From the human T2T-CHM13v2.0 reference genome, Homo sapiens, in assembly GCF_009914755.1 (NCBI RefSeq), contig NC_060929.1: a DNA stretch of 64,000 bases; one strand, written 5' to 3'. The notes under the pieces were generated by a model that saw only the letters and a list, made by a program, of their open reading frames with translations, searched no databases and was not told where the DNA came from. How positions within the stretch are numbered: position 1 is the first letter of the stretch; every line of letters starts with the position of its first letter. The position numbers and the translations under genes were made by a program. Below, in pieces: positions 15,000-27,797 of the stretch.

Positions 15000-15550
15000 T
15001 AAATTATTGTCATAATTGTCACATTAACAGAGAGGAATTTATGGCTTCTCAAAGAAGACTTAAACAACTACATATGGCTCTCGGCCCATAAATAGCACCC
15101 ATTAGTCTTATAAATAACCCCAAAAGACTACTTTTTGATCAAAACACTTATGAATTATTAAAGTTCCGACTTTTAAAGAAAAACTGAGCCTTGTCATTGT
15201 CACTTATTTCGTTTTTGAACGACCTTTCTCTAATATCGAAAAATAAAGAATAAAGGAAGTTTGATGTTTTATAGATACCATTCTCTGTTTCAACTATTTC
15301 GGTGCGCATTTTTATTAAATGCTTTTTTTTTTTTTTCCTGTGACAAAGTCTGGAGCTACGCTTGCTCAATCCAGGACATCTCTGTGACCAGATAAAGATG
15401 AGACAAGATCAGAAAGTTTCCGGAGCTGTAGCAGCGCAGCTTGCTATTATCAGCTAATTCAATCCATCTGGGGGAAAATTATATCAATGTGAATTTACAC
15501 AGTTGATGAGTTTCCTGTTTCGTATGCTATGCCAAAGCAAAGTTCAGCAT
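15000..15550. promoter_or_regulatory. Candidate conserved non-coding element / developmental enhancer
   Basis: non-repetitive, ~11 CpGs in ~450 bp against a CpG-poor background, TTTATGG/CCATAAA and paired TGTCA motifs; function is inferred. Confidence 0.4.
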
Positions 15551-17319
15551 ACTGGCCTTCCATGTGAAGTGTAACCATCTTATCTGCCCACAGCAAATAT
15601 AATCTCACACAGCATCTTTGAAGTAAACCAAACTAAGCAGATATGGAACCTAGTATTTCTTTTGGATTTCAAGTTTCATTTCATTTGTTTTGTGCTCAGG
15701 GAATCTGAGGAAGCCTTTTTATTCTCAAGAGTGGCTAGAAATAATGTATTTATACTCTGTCTTTTTTATATGAACCACTTTTGAAACATTGTTGATTTAA
15801 ACATCAGCATTTTTTTCTTCTTTTATTTTTCACCAACCATTTAAATATTATCTATCCTATGTAGTTTTGCTATCCCTTGCAGAGTAGTTCATAGTTTTGG
15901 TTTTTGCTGAAAATGCTCTTTATATTGTCAGAAATAATAAACATGAATAAACTGTGTTCCATTCTTTGAGAATAAGAAATTACATCTGCCTGTAAAGAAT
16001 TTATTATTTATTTGGATATAAGAGACAGACACAACAATGGAAAACATTTTAAAATAGCAAATTCTACAGGGAAGATGAGTGACTGAGACAGAAAATGCTC
16101 TATGAAGTCTGAGGAAATTATCCCTAAGGACTGTGGATTCAGAAAGTCTTGCTCTAGAGGATAGTAATTAAAGTCATCCTTGCAATTGGGCCCCAACAGT
16201 AAAAATTGCTCAAGAAAATTCTCTAAGATGAATATTTGCATATTATGCTGATGAAAGTGACAAGACCACTTAAACAGAAGGTTTGTGAAAGATAACAGAG
16301 GAGACCTGAGGGTTAAAGGAGGCTGACTTAAAAGAATCTTGGGAGACTTTGGGGGAAAGAAGTCAAGAAATGTAAAAGTATTAATATGAATATTCCAGAA
16401 TACTTCTTCTGTGCATCTCAACTGAGCATCAAATTATATATTTTGTTCAGGAAAAGGCAAACACTTTATATCTTAGAGGTTCAATATTGTTATGCTGATT
16501 GAAATATATGTTAATGTTTATAATAGTACATTTTCTGAGTAATATTTTGATGTTTTTATATTTCATCTTAAATACATTCTTTGTTTTTTGTTTTATTTTG
16601 TTTAGTTTTTACTCTAAAATAGAACCACCATCTTTCAACTCTGTAAAAAACTGGAAAAAGCATAACTATTTTCTCTTAATTTTTAATATGATTATGGAAT
16701 GACATTTTAAGGTATGAAATATTTAAATATTAAGCACATACTATAATAAGAGGTTAGAAGTATATGAGAGGCTTAAAATTAAGTGATGCTAGGTAAATAT
16801 GCCTAGTTTCTTCTGCATTTTTTCTTTAAGGTTATATCCTTCTTAAGTAATTGTCCCTAAGGTATATTTTTTTAAAGCTATAATGTAAACTCTTTTAACA
16901 TTTAACAGCTTTCTTGGTGGAAATTTGATAAGTGGAATTTTTAAGAAAAGAACAGAACAGTAATAATAAAGAGAAGCTATAAGACAATTTGGGACCGAGA
17001 AAGCTACAAAAACTTCAGGAGAAAAAATATCTAAAAAGCTATTTTAAGTTAATTCTAAGTTTAAAAGATGCTGTTAGTTAGACTAGAATAGGCAAATTGA
17101 AATACAGCTATGGCTTCTGTGTTCAATTTTAATTTAGTGATGATGTTGAAAATTCTTATAATAATGTTGTTAAATATATTGAAGATGTGTCCCCATAAAA
17201 CATTTCCCATCCTCATGGAATTTTTGGAAACAATATCTTGCTGATATGTAGAAGGAAAGACTTTGAAATTTAGATCCAGAAGAGAAAGGAAAGAGATCAG
17301 GTAGATGGAAGGAGGGGAT

Positions 17320-17515
17320 TAACAATTATTGAGTACCAAGTATGGGCCAGGGTCATTATGTTTATTATTTAGTTTTATTGTCTCAACAACAGTATAAGAC
17401 CACTGAGGTAATTTGGGTTGTCCAAGGTCACACATTTGGGTAAGAGACAAAGTAAGGAACAAACTCATCTGCCTGACTTCAATATACATATGGATTCTAC
17501 TCTAAAACACTGCCA
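17320..17515 (-). mobile_element. MIR
   Basis: TTATTGAGTACCAAGTATGGGCCAGG; ACTGAGG; TGTCCAAGGTCACACA core. Confidence 0.75.
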
Positions 17516-17644
17516 TGAAGAAGCAACTACCCTGATTCAAGTGTAACTCTGGCTTCTGGATAGACTATGTGCTGAAAATGACTTTAACAAAGTAATATTG
17601 ATGATACAGTTATTCTGTAAAACTGTAGCACTGACTGACTCAAA

Positions 17645-18165
17645 TAGTGTAATTTTCGTTACCAATATCCATGCTGTCCTTCTTACCTGCAAAAATAACA
17701 CTGATTTTTTCAGTGGGAATAACTGCATTTTCCAGTTTCCCTTGCACATTGGAGTACTCATGTTACAGTTCTAGCCAATGAGATATAAATGATGTCATTA
17801 ATAGTGTCTTTCATGAAAGCTCCATAAAATGCATGTTAGGTAATTGAGAGTAGTAGACTCCATGCTGTGTGGCGTTTTGCCATTGCCCTTGCCCTTCTTC
17901 TTGCTGTCAGAAAAACTGATGCAATGCCCAGAAGGGGGAAACCATCCTGGAACTATTAGTCAATTTTCATAGGTTAAGAATGTGAAGTAAAACAACAAAG
18001 GATCCTAGATCTCGGATGGCACTGTGAAGTCACTTTACCAGTTCCAGAATGCCCTTTTCTAAATTTCTCATTACAAGGACAAAAGGAGAAAAGAATATAT
18101 GAATTGTACAAGCCAATGTTTATCAGATTTTACAATTTACAGCCTAAAATAATATCCTAAACCAT
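17645..18165 (+). mobile_element. MaLR LTR, MLT1J-like
   Basis: TGCATTTTCCAGTTTCCCTTGCA...GTTCTAGCCAATGAGATATAA; end TTACAGCCTAAAATAATATCCTAA. Confidence 0.7.
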
Positions 18166-19702
18166 ATGCCAACCTACATGAGAAGCAGCTTTCTCTGTCA
18201 CTATGTCTGTATAGTATAAAATATCCAGACAAATATGAAAAAAGTCAAGTTCATTTTCCTCAATATTCAGAATTTAAATATTATAAAGACACATAGATAA
18301 GATTGGTTCTTTATCACATAATTAATCCCTGCTTCAAATTTAAACTAACCATGCTCATATAAAAAAGAATGGGGGCCATTTTTAGAAAGTTTACTTAAAT
18401 GACTTATAATGATCAGAATATTACAGGAAAGGAATGATATTTGGAACCAGAATCAACTAATTTAGTCCATTGTTCTACAATATCTGTGACTCAGATAAAA
18501 TTGATCACAGGCACTGTGAAAATAAAACGTCACGGTATCTTGACCTTTTGCCATGAATTTTTATGGGGATTAAGAGTAAACATTCTACAAAATTTCATGC
18601 CAATATATTCCTATATAAGTAAGAATATCAATATTTAATGAAAAAGTTTTATGGATGTATGTTAATTTAGCAAAATACGTTTACAGTGTTTACAGAATTT
18701 CTTATTTATATCTTCAATTATCAGCTACTAATTTAACAGATAGGTAATTTGGTCAATTATTTTGATAAATACATTAGCTATAGTCCTATAATTTTGGGTA
18801 CTTTTCATTATATATTATATAAATATGTAAATACGCATGCAATACAATTTAAATGATTATAATTATCACAAAATTTAAACCATACTTTTAAAGCCATCTA
18901 AATAAATATTGCCTAGTTGCTTAAAGTTTGAACATGTGAACTAAGATTGCAAAAACTATTTTTATTCAATTTTTAATGAGATATATATGTAGGGTGTGAC
19001 ACATTCATGGTAAAATATTTTACTTTAGTTTTCTAAAATAAAATTTTAGAATATTTTTTGAATGGTTCAGCTACTCAAAATAATTTAAATTTGTATCATT
19101 TGGAAATGTAATTCTGTAGAGTTTCCAAAAACACAGTCAGAAAGGAGCATACATTGGAATTAATATTTCTATTCAACAGATAGGAATATATTTATAATCT
19201 GTCATTCACTTCAAAAAGAAGACATTGAATGTATAATTTCTTTGTCTTTATTGAGAAAACTTGCATATATTATTTTACTGGATGTTAATCAAAGCAGATT
19301 GAAAGAACTCATTCATTACCGAAGTCTTTTTCCTAAAGATTACATCTAAATACTTAGGAACACTTTGAGAGAAAAAGGAAATGATATGCCATTGAGTGGA
19401 GCAAAGAACTGAATTCTAACTTTGTTAATATTTAGGGTCAGACGGTTCTATTAATCTTCATCTAAACATAGATAAGAAGAATATTATTCAGAGTTACTCA
19501 TCTTGTCAACATCTGTGCTAAGTACAGCTAAAGTAGCCTAACATATGTTTTCTTTTAAGTTTTATACTTATTTTCTCAGTGAGGTATCATATATTTAGCT
19601 GGATGCCACTGGCTATTTATTTATTTTAAATACTTTCATTTCTTCTCTTATGTATCACTATTACTTTAAGTACACACAGGTGATTTAACACTGTGCTCAA
19701 AC

Positions 19703-19802
19703 CTATATATAAATATATATTGTATTATATATTATATATATGAATATGTATGAATATATATAAGTATATGCATACATATATGTATATAATATATATATAT
19801 AT
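19703..19802. repeat. (TA)n-rich tract at the tail position of the adjacent Alu
   Basis: direct inspection. Confidence 0.85.
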
Positions 19803-20086
19803 TTGAGATGGGGTTTTGCTCTTGTTGCCCAGGCTGGAGTGCAATGGCCAATCTTGGCTCACCGCAACCTCCGTCTCCCGGGTTCAAGTGATTCTCCTGC
19901 CTCAGCCTTCCGAGTAGCTGGGATTACCGGCATGTGCCACCATGCCCGGCTAATTTTGTATTTTTTAGCAGAGATGGGATTTCTCCATGTTGGTCAGGCT
20001 GGTCTTGAACTCCTGACATCAGGTGATCCACCCGCCTCGGCCTCCCAAGATGCTGGGATAACAGGCATAAGCCAACACTCCCGGCC
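19803..20086 (-). mobile_element. Alu, AluSp-like
   Basis: GCTCTTGTTGCCCAGGCTGGAGTGCAATGG, CTCACCGCAACC, TGGTCAGGCTGG diagnostics. Confidence 0.93.
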
Positions 20087-21909
20087 TATATTTTAACGTT
20101 TATAAGACATAGTAATATTCAGCACAGTTGAAATATATGTGTATTCTAACAATAATAAAATTGAGTTAATTTGCTAAAACTTGGAAAGTGATTCATTGAC
20201 TGTTTACTAATATTCAACTTTAGAGAGATGGCTGCCATCATAACCATTTAAACTAGTAAAGAAAAAATACCTCACTAGTAATTTTTCAAATACCATTTCT
20301 TCTTAACTGATGAAGAGAGAAGTTATTAGATGAAAATCAAACAGTACTACAAATGTTTCATCAAATACTGTTATATATATTACTTGACATAAATATCTTA
20401 CATTTTTCTAGAAAAGTAGAAAAATCTCCCTCTAAATTTACACTTTCATTCTGCCCACTATTATTTAAGCCAGCCATTTGATCAGGGTTGAGAATTTCAA
20501 TATTCTGGAAGGAATACTGGTTTTCTTTCAGCACTGATGTTTATTATGTTATTTCTAGATGACAATTCCATAAGTTTGATGTATCATATTAATTTGTTTT
20601 GTAGGAGTTGATCAATTAACTTGAGAAAACTCTATGTAGTGTTGATTCAATCACATAACAAGCGTAATTTAATATAAATGGTGCATAAGACATTGATTTT
20701 GCCCAACTGCTCTATAGAATTAGTGTCACTAAACAAGGCAGCCAAGCTGAACTAACAATATTAAACATTTGTGCAATTTATCTCTTGCTATAATGAACAG
20801 TAAATGATATAATGACCAACAAGATTGATGATAAAGCAAACATGCTAGTTAGATTCATGCTATAGAAGACAATTCATAGTATTACTTGGCAATCAATCAT
20901 TTGAAGATTAATTTAACCACTAGTAGTGTAAAATCAAGCAACAGGGGAAATGGAAACCTTTCCTGGAACATATTCATTAATATGGCCTTTTAAAAACATA
21001 AGATTGGCTATGCTGTAATTTATCTATTTAAACTTTTTGATAAATTTATTTTCCAAAGTTTTAACCAAAATTATATGTTGTCTCAAGCAATTTATTTCTT
21101 TAAATTTTCCTAAACTAATGAAACCCCAGATTGTCAGGAATAGCTCCTTCCTGATTCAGCTACAAGTAGATAGAGGATATTTATCAATAATAGTCATTCA
21201 CAACCAATGTATTTTCCTTCCAGTAGCTTTAATGAATGTAATTAACTAAAGGAAGAAAAGCATATCTAAGGACAAAAAGATGGGAGGTATACTATAGAAG
21301 AAAACACTTAATGGAAAATAATGAAGGTAACAATAAAATTTTGGTTTATTGTCCTTTTTAGGCCTTCTCTTCAATTTACTAGCTCTTTCTGACTCTCTCA
21401 TAAATTCTTTTAAAACTTTACACTTAAATTTTGAACTATATGGTAACCATAAAATCAACTGTAAATTGAAACTTTTAATTTTCAAGTTCTATGTTTCCCT
21501 GGAAGGAAGTAATACAGAGTAGTTCAAAGTCCCACAATAAGTGAAATGTTCCCTTTGAGCCTATGTCTTCCATGGAGTGAAATGGCTGAAAGTTAATACT
21601 CTAGTTCCTTTACTCAATGTGTCTTTTCGTGACTTGAATTAGAGCCAATAGTTACTTCCTCTCCAAAAGAGAGTTATAAATATTATTCCCATGTTCAACT
21701 CCACTATAAAAACAAGAAATTTGCATTTTGGCTCTGTTTGCCAAAACCATATAAACCATACAAACTAATTTTGTGTGAATAAATTAATATAGAATCAAAC
21801 ATACATTATTAATGTCTATTATATTATTATACAAGGCATCATTTTCAGACACAAAGATATTAGGACACAATTTGTGGTCAAATGTACAAGTATTTTAAAA
21901 CATGTGCTT

Positions 21910-22140
21910 ATGATAACAATAACACTCATTGAGTTCTCACTATATTTCAGGTATTCCTCTAAGCACTTTAAATGTCATAATATTTATTCATCATATCAAT
22001 TATCTGAGACAGGTTGTGAATCTTACTCCCATTTTATAGATGTGGAAATAGATGCAAGAGAAGTTAAATAACCTGCTAAAGATCCCACAGCTAGTAAGTG
22101 AAAGATTTAGAGTTGGCACAAAACCTTGCAGTCTTTACTG
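21910..22140 (-). mobile_element. MIR (MIRb-like)
   Basis: CCCATTTTATAGATGTGGAAATAGATGCAAGAGAAGTTAAATAACCTGCTAAAGATCCCACAGCTAGTAAGTG core. Confidence 0.85.
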
Positions 22141-22699
22141 TACTGTAATTTCTGTCCAGATCATTTGAAAGAGGTTTTCACCGTTGCACTTCAGTTTTCT
22201 AAAAACAATCGAAAGGTTTTGTGTTCATCTGTTTTTGTTTGTTTGTTTTGTTTATCCTATTCAAAGAAACCTATACCTTGTCACTTTACTTATCTAATTA
22301 AATTCATGTGGTTGTGAAAAACAGAATTTCAGATATGCTATAAGGAGAAGCCAAACAACCTGGCCTCAAGAAGGGCAGTAACAGGGGTGAAAGAGAACTC
22401 CAGGCTTTCACTCTAATGTCTATCATTAACATACCACCCCTATTCCCTATTCACATACTGCTTTTCCATGTACTATAACCTCCTTTTTTTCCTCCATTGT
22501 GGAGGGCACATGTTTAATTTACACCTTGTGCTCACTTATAGCTTTTGCCTCTTCATAATGATAACTTGTGTTTTCTCAAAACTTTGGGTATCTTTGATTA
22601 CATATACTATCTTTTAGTTTGACCTCCCATTCCTGTTTCACTATCCCTTAGTTTCCATTTCTGAGAAAAAAAAAATGTGTCTCTTGCATCTCTTTCTAG

Positions 22700-22835
22700 A
22701 TCTATAAAATGAAAGCAATATTCATAACCTGTCTTGAAAAGTTAATATGATGAATAAATGTTATTACATCTAAAGTGCTTGGAGGAACAACTGAGACACC
22801 GTGAGAGCTCAGTGAGTGTTATTATTATTATTATT
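22700..22835 (+). mobile_element. MIR 3' half
   Basis: TCTATAAAATGAAAG...TAAAGTGCTTGG...GCTCAGTGAGTGTTATTATTATT. Confidence 0.6.
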
Positions 22836-24363
22836 ACTAGGTGTCAGCTTAGCCAATTTTTGCAGACCAGATCATATGGGGCTGTCTGGTGTACTGATTG
22901 GATCTTCTTGGGTTAGGTGCCCTCCTCTGATCCAGCTGTATTATGAGAATGAGGTGGTCATAGATCTTCTTTCACCAGGGCCAATGAGTAAGTAGGTAGG
23001 AAATCATTTAGAAAAGGCTATCGCCGGCCAACACCATGCTTGTGTCTCTATTACAAGATACACTGATCAGGGGCATCACTACTCACGGGAATTCATAGTT
23101 TGCATGTGCCACATGTCAAAAATCAAATGATGAACCCCCAAACAAAAACTTAAGCATTTTTTTCAGCTTTCTTTCTCGTCATACACTCATTCAAAACATT
23201 AAATGGGACGGTACTCTATGGCAGAATAGAATAGTTCAAAGAAAATAGTTCATTTGATCTATACGGTTATACAAGTTTAAAAGTTATTTTTCCTCTCCAC
23301 TCATAATAATTGTCTCACTGAAAAAAAGTATTTTATATTGTTGTTTTCATGTTGTTTTAGGATACTGATATTAAATAATCAGAAAGGATTATAATATATA
23401 TTATAGCAAAAAAACTACCTATTTAAAAATATAAGTTGACACTTTGTAGACCACTAAACAAGTTCACATATTTTGAAAGAGAAAGAGTAATTACTTATAA
23501 AGGGCTCTGTGAGATTTGAACATGGAGGAATCACTTGTATCAATAGTAATCCTCTTTCATTCCTTCTCTGCTAGAGTTAGAACTTCCTGAGGTTCTGGAG
23601 TAATTTAAAGTAAACAGAGATGCTATGTAAACTTACTGTTGACCTCCTGATGCCCACTGACAACTCAGCAGACAATGTTGCATCTCAGCCCAATTCCAAG
23701 TAGTTAACGTGGAAAACTCGTGTTTATAATAGCAGATTATATTACCTCTACATTATCTATTTTTCACAGTTTTCTCAGAGTTTACTTCCTTGCTTATCCT
23801 ATAACAACTATTATCAGTAAAAATGAGAGGTGACTCTGTACTTACAGTTTTGTTCATAAATCAGAAACAGGCAATTGTTCTTGCTGAGGCGTTTGTACTC
23901 AGGATATTTCATTGAATGTTATGGCGGACCCACGCTACGTAATTAACAACCAGCATTTGAAAATCCTCACGTTAATCAAGGTAATTCGATTTGCTTGGTG
24001 TGGAAGAGCTGTCTAAGAATCCCAGGTGTTCCTCATAAGGTCTAACATTAGTAGATAAGAGGGGTCAGAGTAAATTAGGAAAATGCAAATGAATCCAGCT
24101 CTAACAACTGTAGCCAACTAACAAAGTACTATTAAGTTTAAAAGAATGGTATGTAGGTGAGAACATACAGAATCTCTTTTCAAAGAAAGAGGAATTAAAT
24201 TTACATTCTATTCCCTAACCTCGATGCATAGTAACACTCTACCTGTGAGTGTTCCCCTTTTCAATCTCATACAAAATAGATGTTATAAAATTTTTTCTGA
24301 ATAAGTAACACTTAGGCAAAGCCTCAAAAAAGCCTACCAACGTTGCATAACTTTCTTCTTTCC

Positions 24364-24673
24364 TTTTTTTTTTTTTTTTTTTTTTTTTGGTGACAGAGTC
24401 TTGCTCTGTCACCCAGGCTAGAGTACGATGGTGCAATCTCGGCTCACCGCAACCTCTGCCTCCCAGGTTCAAGTGATTCTCCTGCCTCAGCCTCCTGAGT
24501 AACTAGGACTACAGGCACACACCACCATGCCCAGCTATTTTTTTTTAATATTTTTAGTAGAGATGGGGTTTCACCGTATTGGTCAGGCTGGTCTTGAACT
24601 CCTGACCTCATGATCCACCCGCCTTGGCCTCCCAAAGTGCTGCGATTACAGGCATGAGCCACCACACCCAGCC
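24364..24673 (-). mobile_element. Alu, AluSg-like
   Basis: Alu dimer, GAACTCCTGACCTCATGATC; TSD GTTGCATA(A/G)CTTTC at 24342-24355 and 24677-24690. Confidence 0.95.
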
Positions 24674-25986
24674 CGGGTTGCATAGCTTTCAATGTTCTTT
24701 TAGATTGTTTGTACACTATCCCTAGTAATCTACAGAACTTTTCTATACCTAATTTCTTATTTTCAAATTATTAACATTTTCTGTATGTGTATATATGTAA
24801 ATCATCAGTTAAACTCTATATAAACTTATATGTGTATAGTATATGTTATATGCATTATATACAAAATATTATATATATTATATATAAATATATTAAGAAT
24901 ACTGCAAAGTTAACATTTTTATAAATCAATAAATTACATGTTTATGAAAAATAAAACAGAAATAGTACCAAGTGAAATAGGGAAGGTGTTAATATTTGAT
25001 TTTTAAAAGATACTATATGGCCTGCTTGGAAAAAGAAACAACTGAAATTCTGCATTACTAGTTACACAAACTAAAACATGAATGGAAACTGTTTCAGTTA
25101 GATTGTTTCATACCGATTTTAGTACTCTAAAAATATTCATTTTCCAAAACTGTATTTCCTGATGTTTATACATCAAGTTGAGAAGAAATTGTGATAGACT
25201 AAATTTTATTCTAGGAAGTAGTGATTGTTTTAAACAGGGCCACTCAACATATAATTTTTAAAAGCTAAGGAAAAAAATTTGCAATTACTCAATATAGTCA
25301 ATCAGAAGAAGGGTATTTATGTGCAGCAATAGGCAATAATAAAGCTGTGAAATAGAATCTGATAAAACTCTAATCTTTTGGCTTATCTCTCATATATAAA
25401 ATTGCTCTATTATTTCCTAGGATTGAGTCTCAGGTAAGAGTTCCTGATTGGGGATTTGCAAACAGAGCTGAGATTTATATAAATTTGATAAGAAAAATAT
25501 ATTTATCATAAAAGCTAACAGATTTAAATTCCTAATTGAGTACCTTTTCAAGAGTAAATTTTTATCTTATTTAAAAATTTTAACATATTCTTTAGACTAC
25601 TAAAGCTTTTAGGACAGTAGAAATTAAGAAGTCAACAAAGATTTGTACAATGCATTTTTTAAAGTTTTGCATATATGTAATTATCACTTTTATATTTTAA
25701 ATATAAGATCAGAAATGCAATCATAAAGCCAGTTTTTTAAAAGTAGAGTGAGTTTACTCCATTTCTTTGCTATGTTACATTTAGGAGCTCCGAAGTTTGT
25801 TAACTAAAGAGTTGTAATGTCACTCAATGAAATCATATGCATTCTGTCTACACAGCTGTAATCATGGGATATGATTTGAGAGCGATTGAAAGGCCCTTAA
25901 TCTTTGGCCTCAATATCTAAATCCCAATCACATGTTGAATTGCATAACACTTAAATCTTAATAATTTAATCTTTTATTAGACATAA

Positions 25987-26385
<399 letters not shown>

Positions 26386-27574
26386 AACATATTCTTATAT
26401 TAATACTATTTAGTTATAGAGATATGTTATTATTATTCATATATATGGTATTATGAATAATTGCACATATTGTTTCTCTTAATTGACCATGATTAACATG
26501 TTAGGAATATATATAGCAGGTTCAACAGAGAAAGAAAAAACAGATATGTACAATTCATCATAATACTATAATAAAAGTTGCCTTCTAGCATTTTAAGCAG
26601 GGTTTAGTGAAACATGGGGGAAGGGCAATTAATTCTGCTGAGGATGTAGTGAGGTATAGAAGAGGTTTTATAGAGCATTGGATACTATAAATGAGCTTAA
26701 AAGCTGCATTTGGTGCTATATGAAGATAGGACTCTCCACTTCTGATACAATGAGACAAGATATGTGCAAAATGAAGTGGAAGTACTATTTGAGGAAACAA
26801 ACTATCTTTGATTCAGAGCCTGGTCCTGTGGCATTAAACATTAGACTTTGGTGTACGAGTCTCTTTCATCTTCGTGGTTTATAGTAATCATATTAAAAAG
26901 TGCATCTGATATTTTGGTTCTGTGCCTTGCTTTCGACTGGATGAGTTTCTTTAATTCTTGGGAATAGATTATTCTGAGAGATGGCTGATCTCTTCTCCAC
27001 CATCCACACCCCAATCTTGCTGCCCTTAGACAAGAATGTCTAAGACAGGAATGGTTTAATTGGCATAATAGTGCTTAGGAATCAAACTAACAAAAAGCTA
27101 GAGATTTGTAGTCACTCCTTTCTTTTTGCTTGATCTTGGGACTGAGCTTACACCTAGAAAACATACTGTCTGGTCTGCTACAGTCCTCTGCTTTTTAAGT
27201 TTTACAAGGGTCTTCCTCCAATAGAGGAAGTGGAATAGTAGCTCATCACCCCTCCTAACTCAGGGGGAAAATGATCCAGTTCTGGGATTCATAAAAAAAT
27301 TTCCATTTGGAAATGTCCAAGCCACATTTTTAAATATCATCAATACCAGTGATAGAAAAATGCTTTAACCTTCATCACCTAACTTTTTTTTGTTTTATGT
27401 TTAGTCAGAAGTTGAAATAGAGAGGACTTCTTTTTTAATGGGATGCACAAAATCGAATTTATAGCATCCCATACAGATGGTAAAGTTTTCTGAAATCTGT
27501 ATTTATAGATATGGCAATGGAAGAGAATAGGACGTTTAAAAAAATACAACTTTGGATGAATTGACTTCTTATAT

Positions 27575-27797
27575 CAGGTGTTGGTAAACTATGTTATGTT
27601 GACCAAATCCAGCCTATGGACTGTTTTTGCACATAAAGTTTTATTAGAAAATAGCCTCACCCACTTATTTGTGTATTGTCAATAGCTGCATTTATGCTGC
27701 AATGGAAGAGTTGAGTAGTTGGGATAGAATGTGTCCTGCAAAGCCTAAAAATATTTACTATTTGGCTCTTTACAGAAAAAGTTTTGTGGCACTTCTG
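27575..27797 (+). mobile_element. MER58A (hAT-Charlie MITE)
   Basis: CAGGTGTTGGTAAACTA...ATAAAGTTTTATTAGAAAATAGCC...GAGTTGAGTAGTTG...GCAAAGCCTAAAAATATTTACTATTTGGCTCTTTACAGAAAAAGTTT...CTG. Confidence 0.9.

Noticed and set aside
16008-16421. 137-aa minus-strand ORF (also 11291-11662, 47812-48165, 59572-60003)
   Set aside because: No recognisable domain, composition typical of AT-rich or repeat-derived DNA, no supporting splice structure
19803-20096. ORFs such as [15 protein letters not shown] (also 256-441, 14372-14598, 24239-24716, 26038-26268, 33315-33521, 43653-43919, 58899-59129)
   Set aside because: Standard Alu read-through translations
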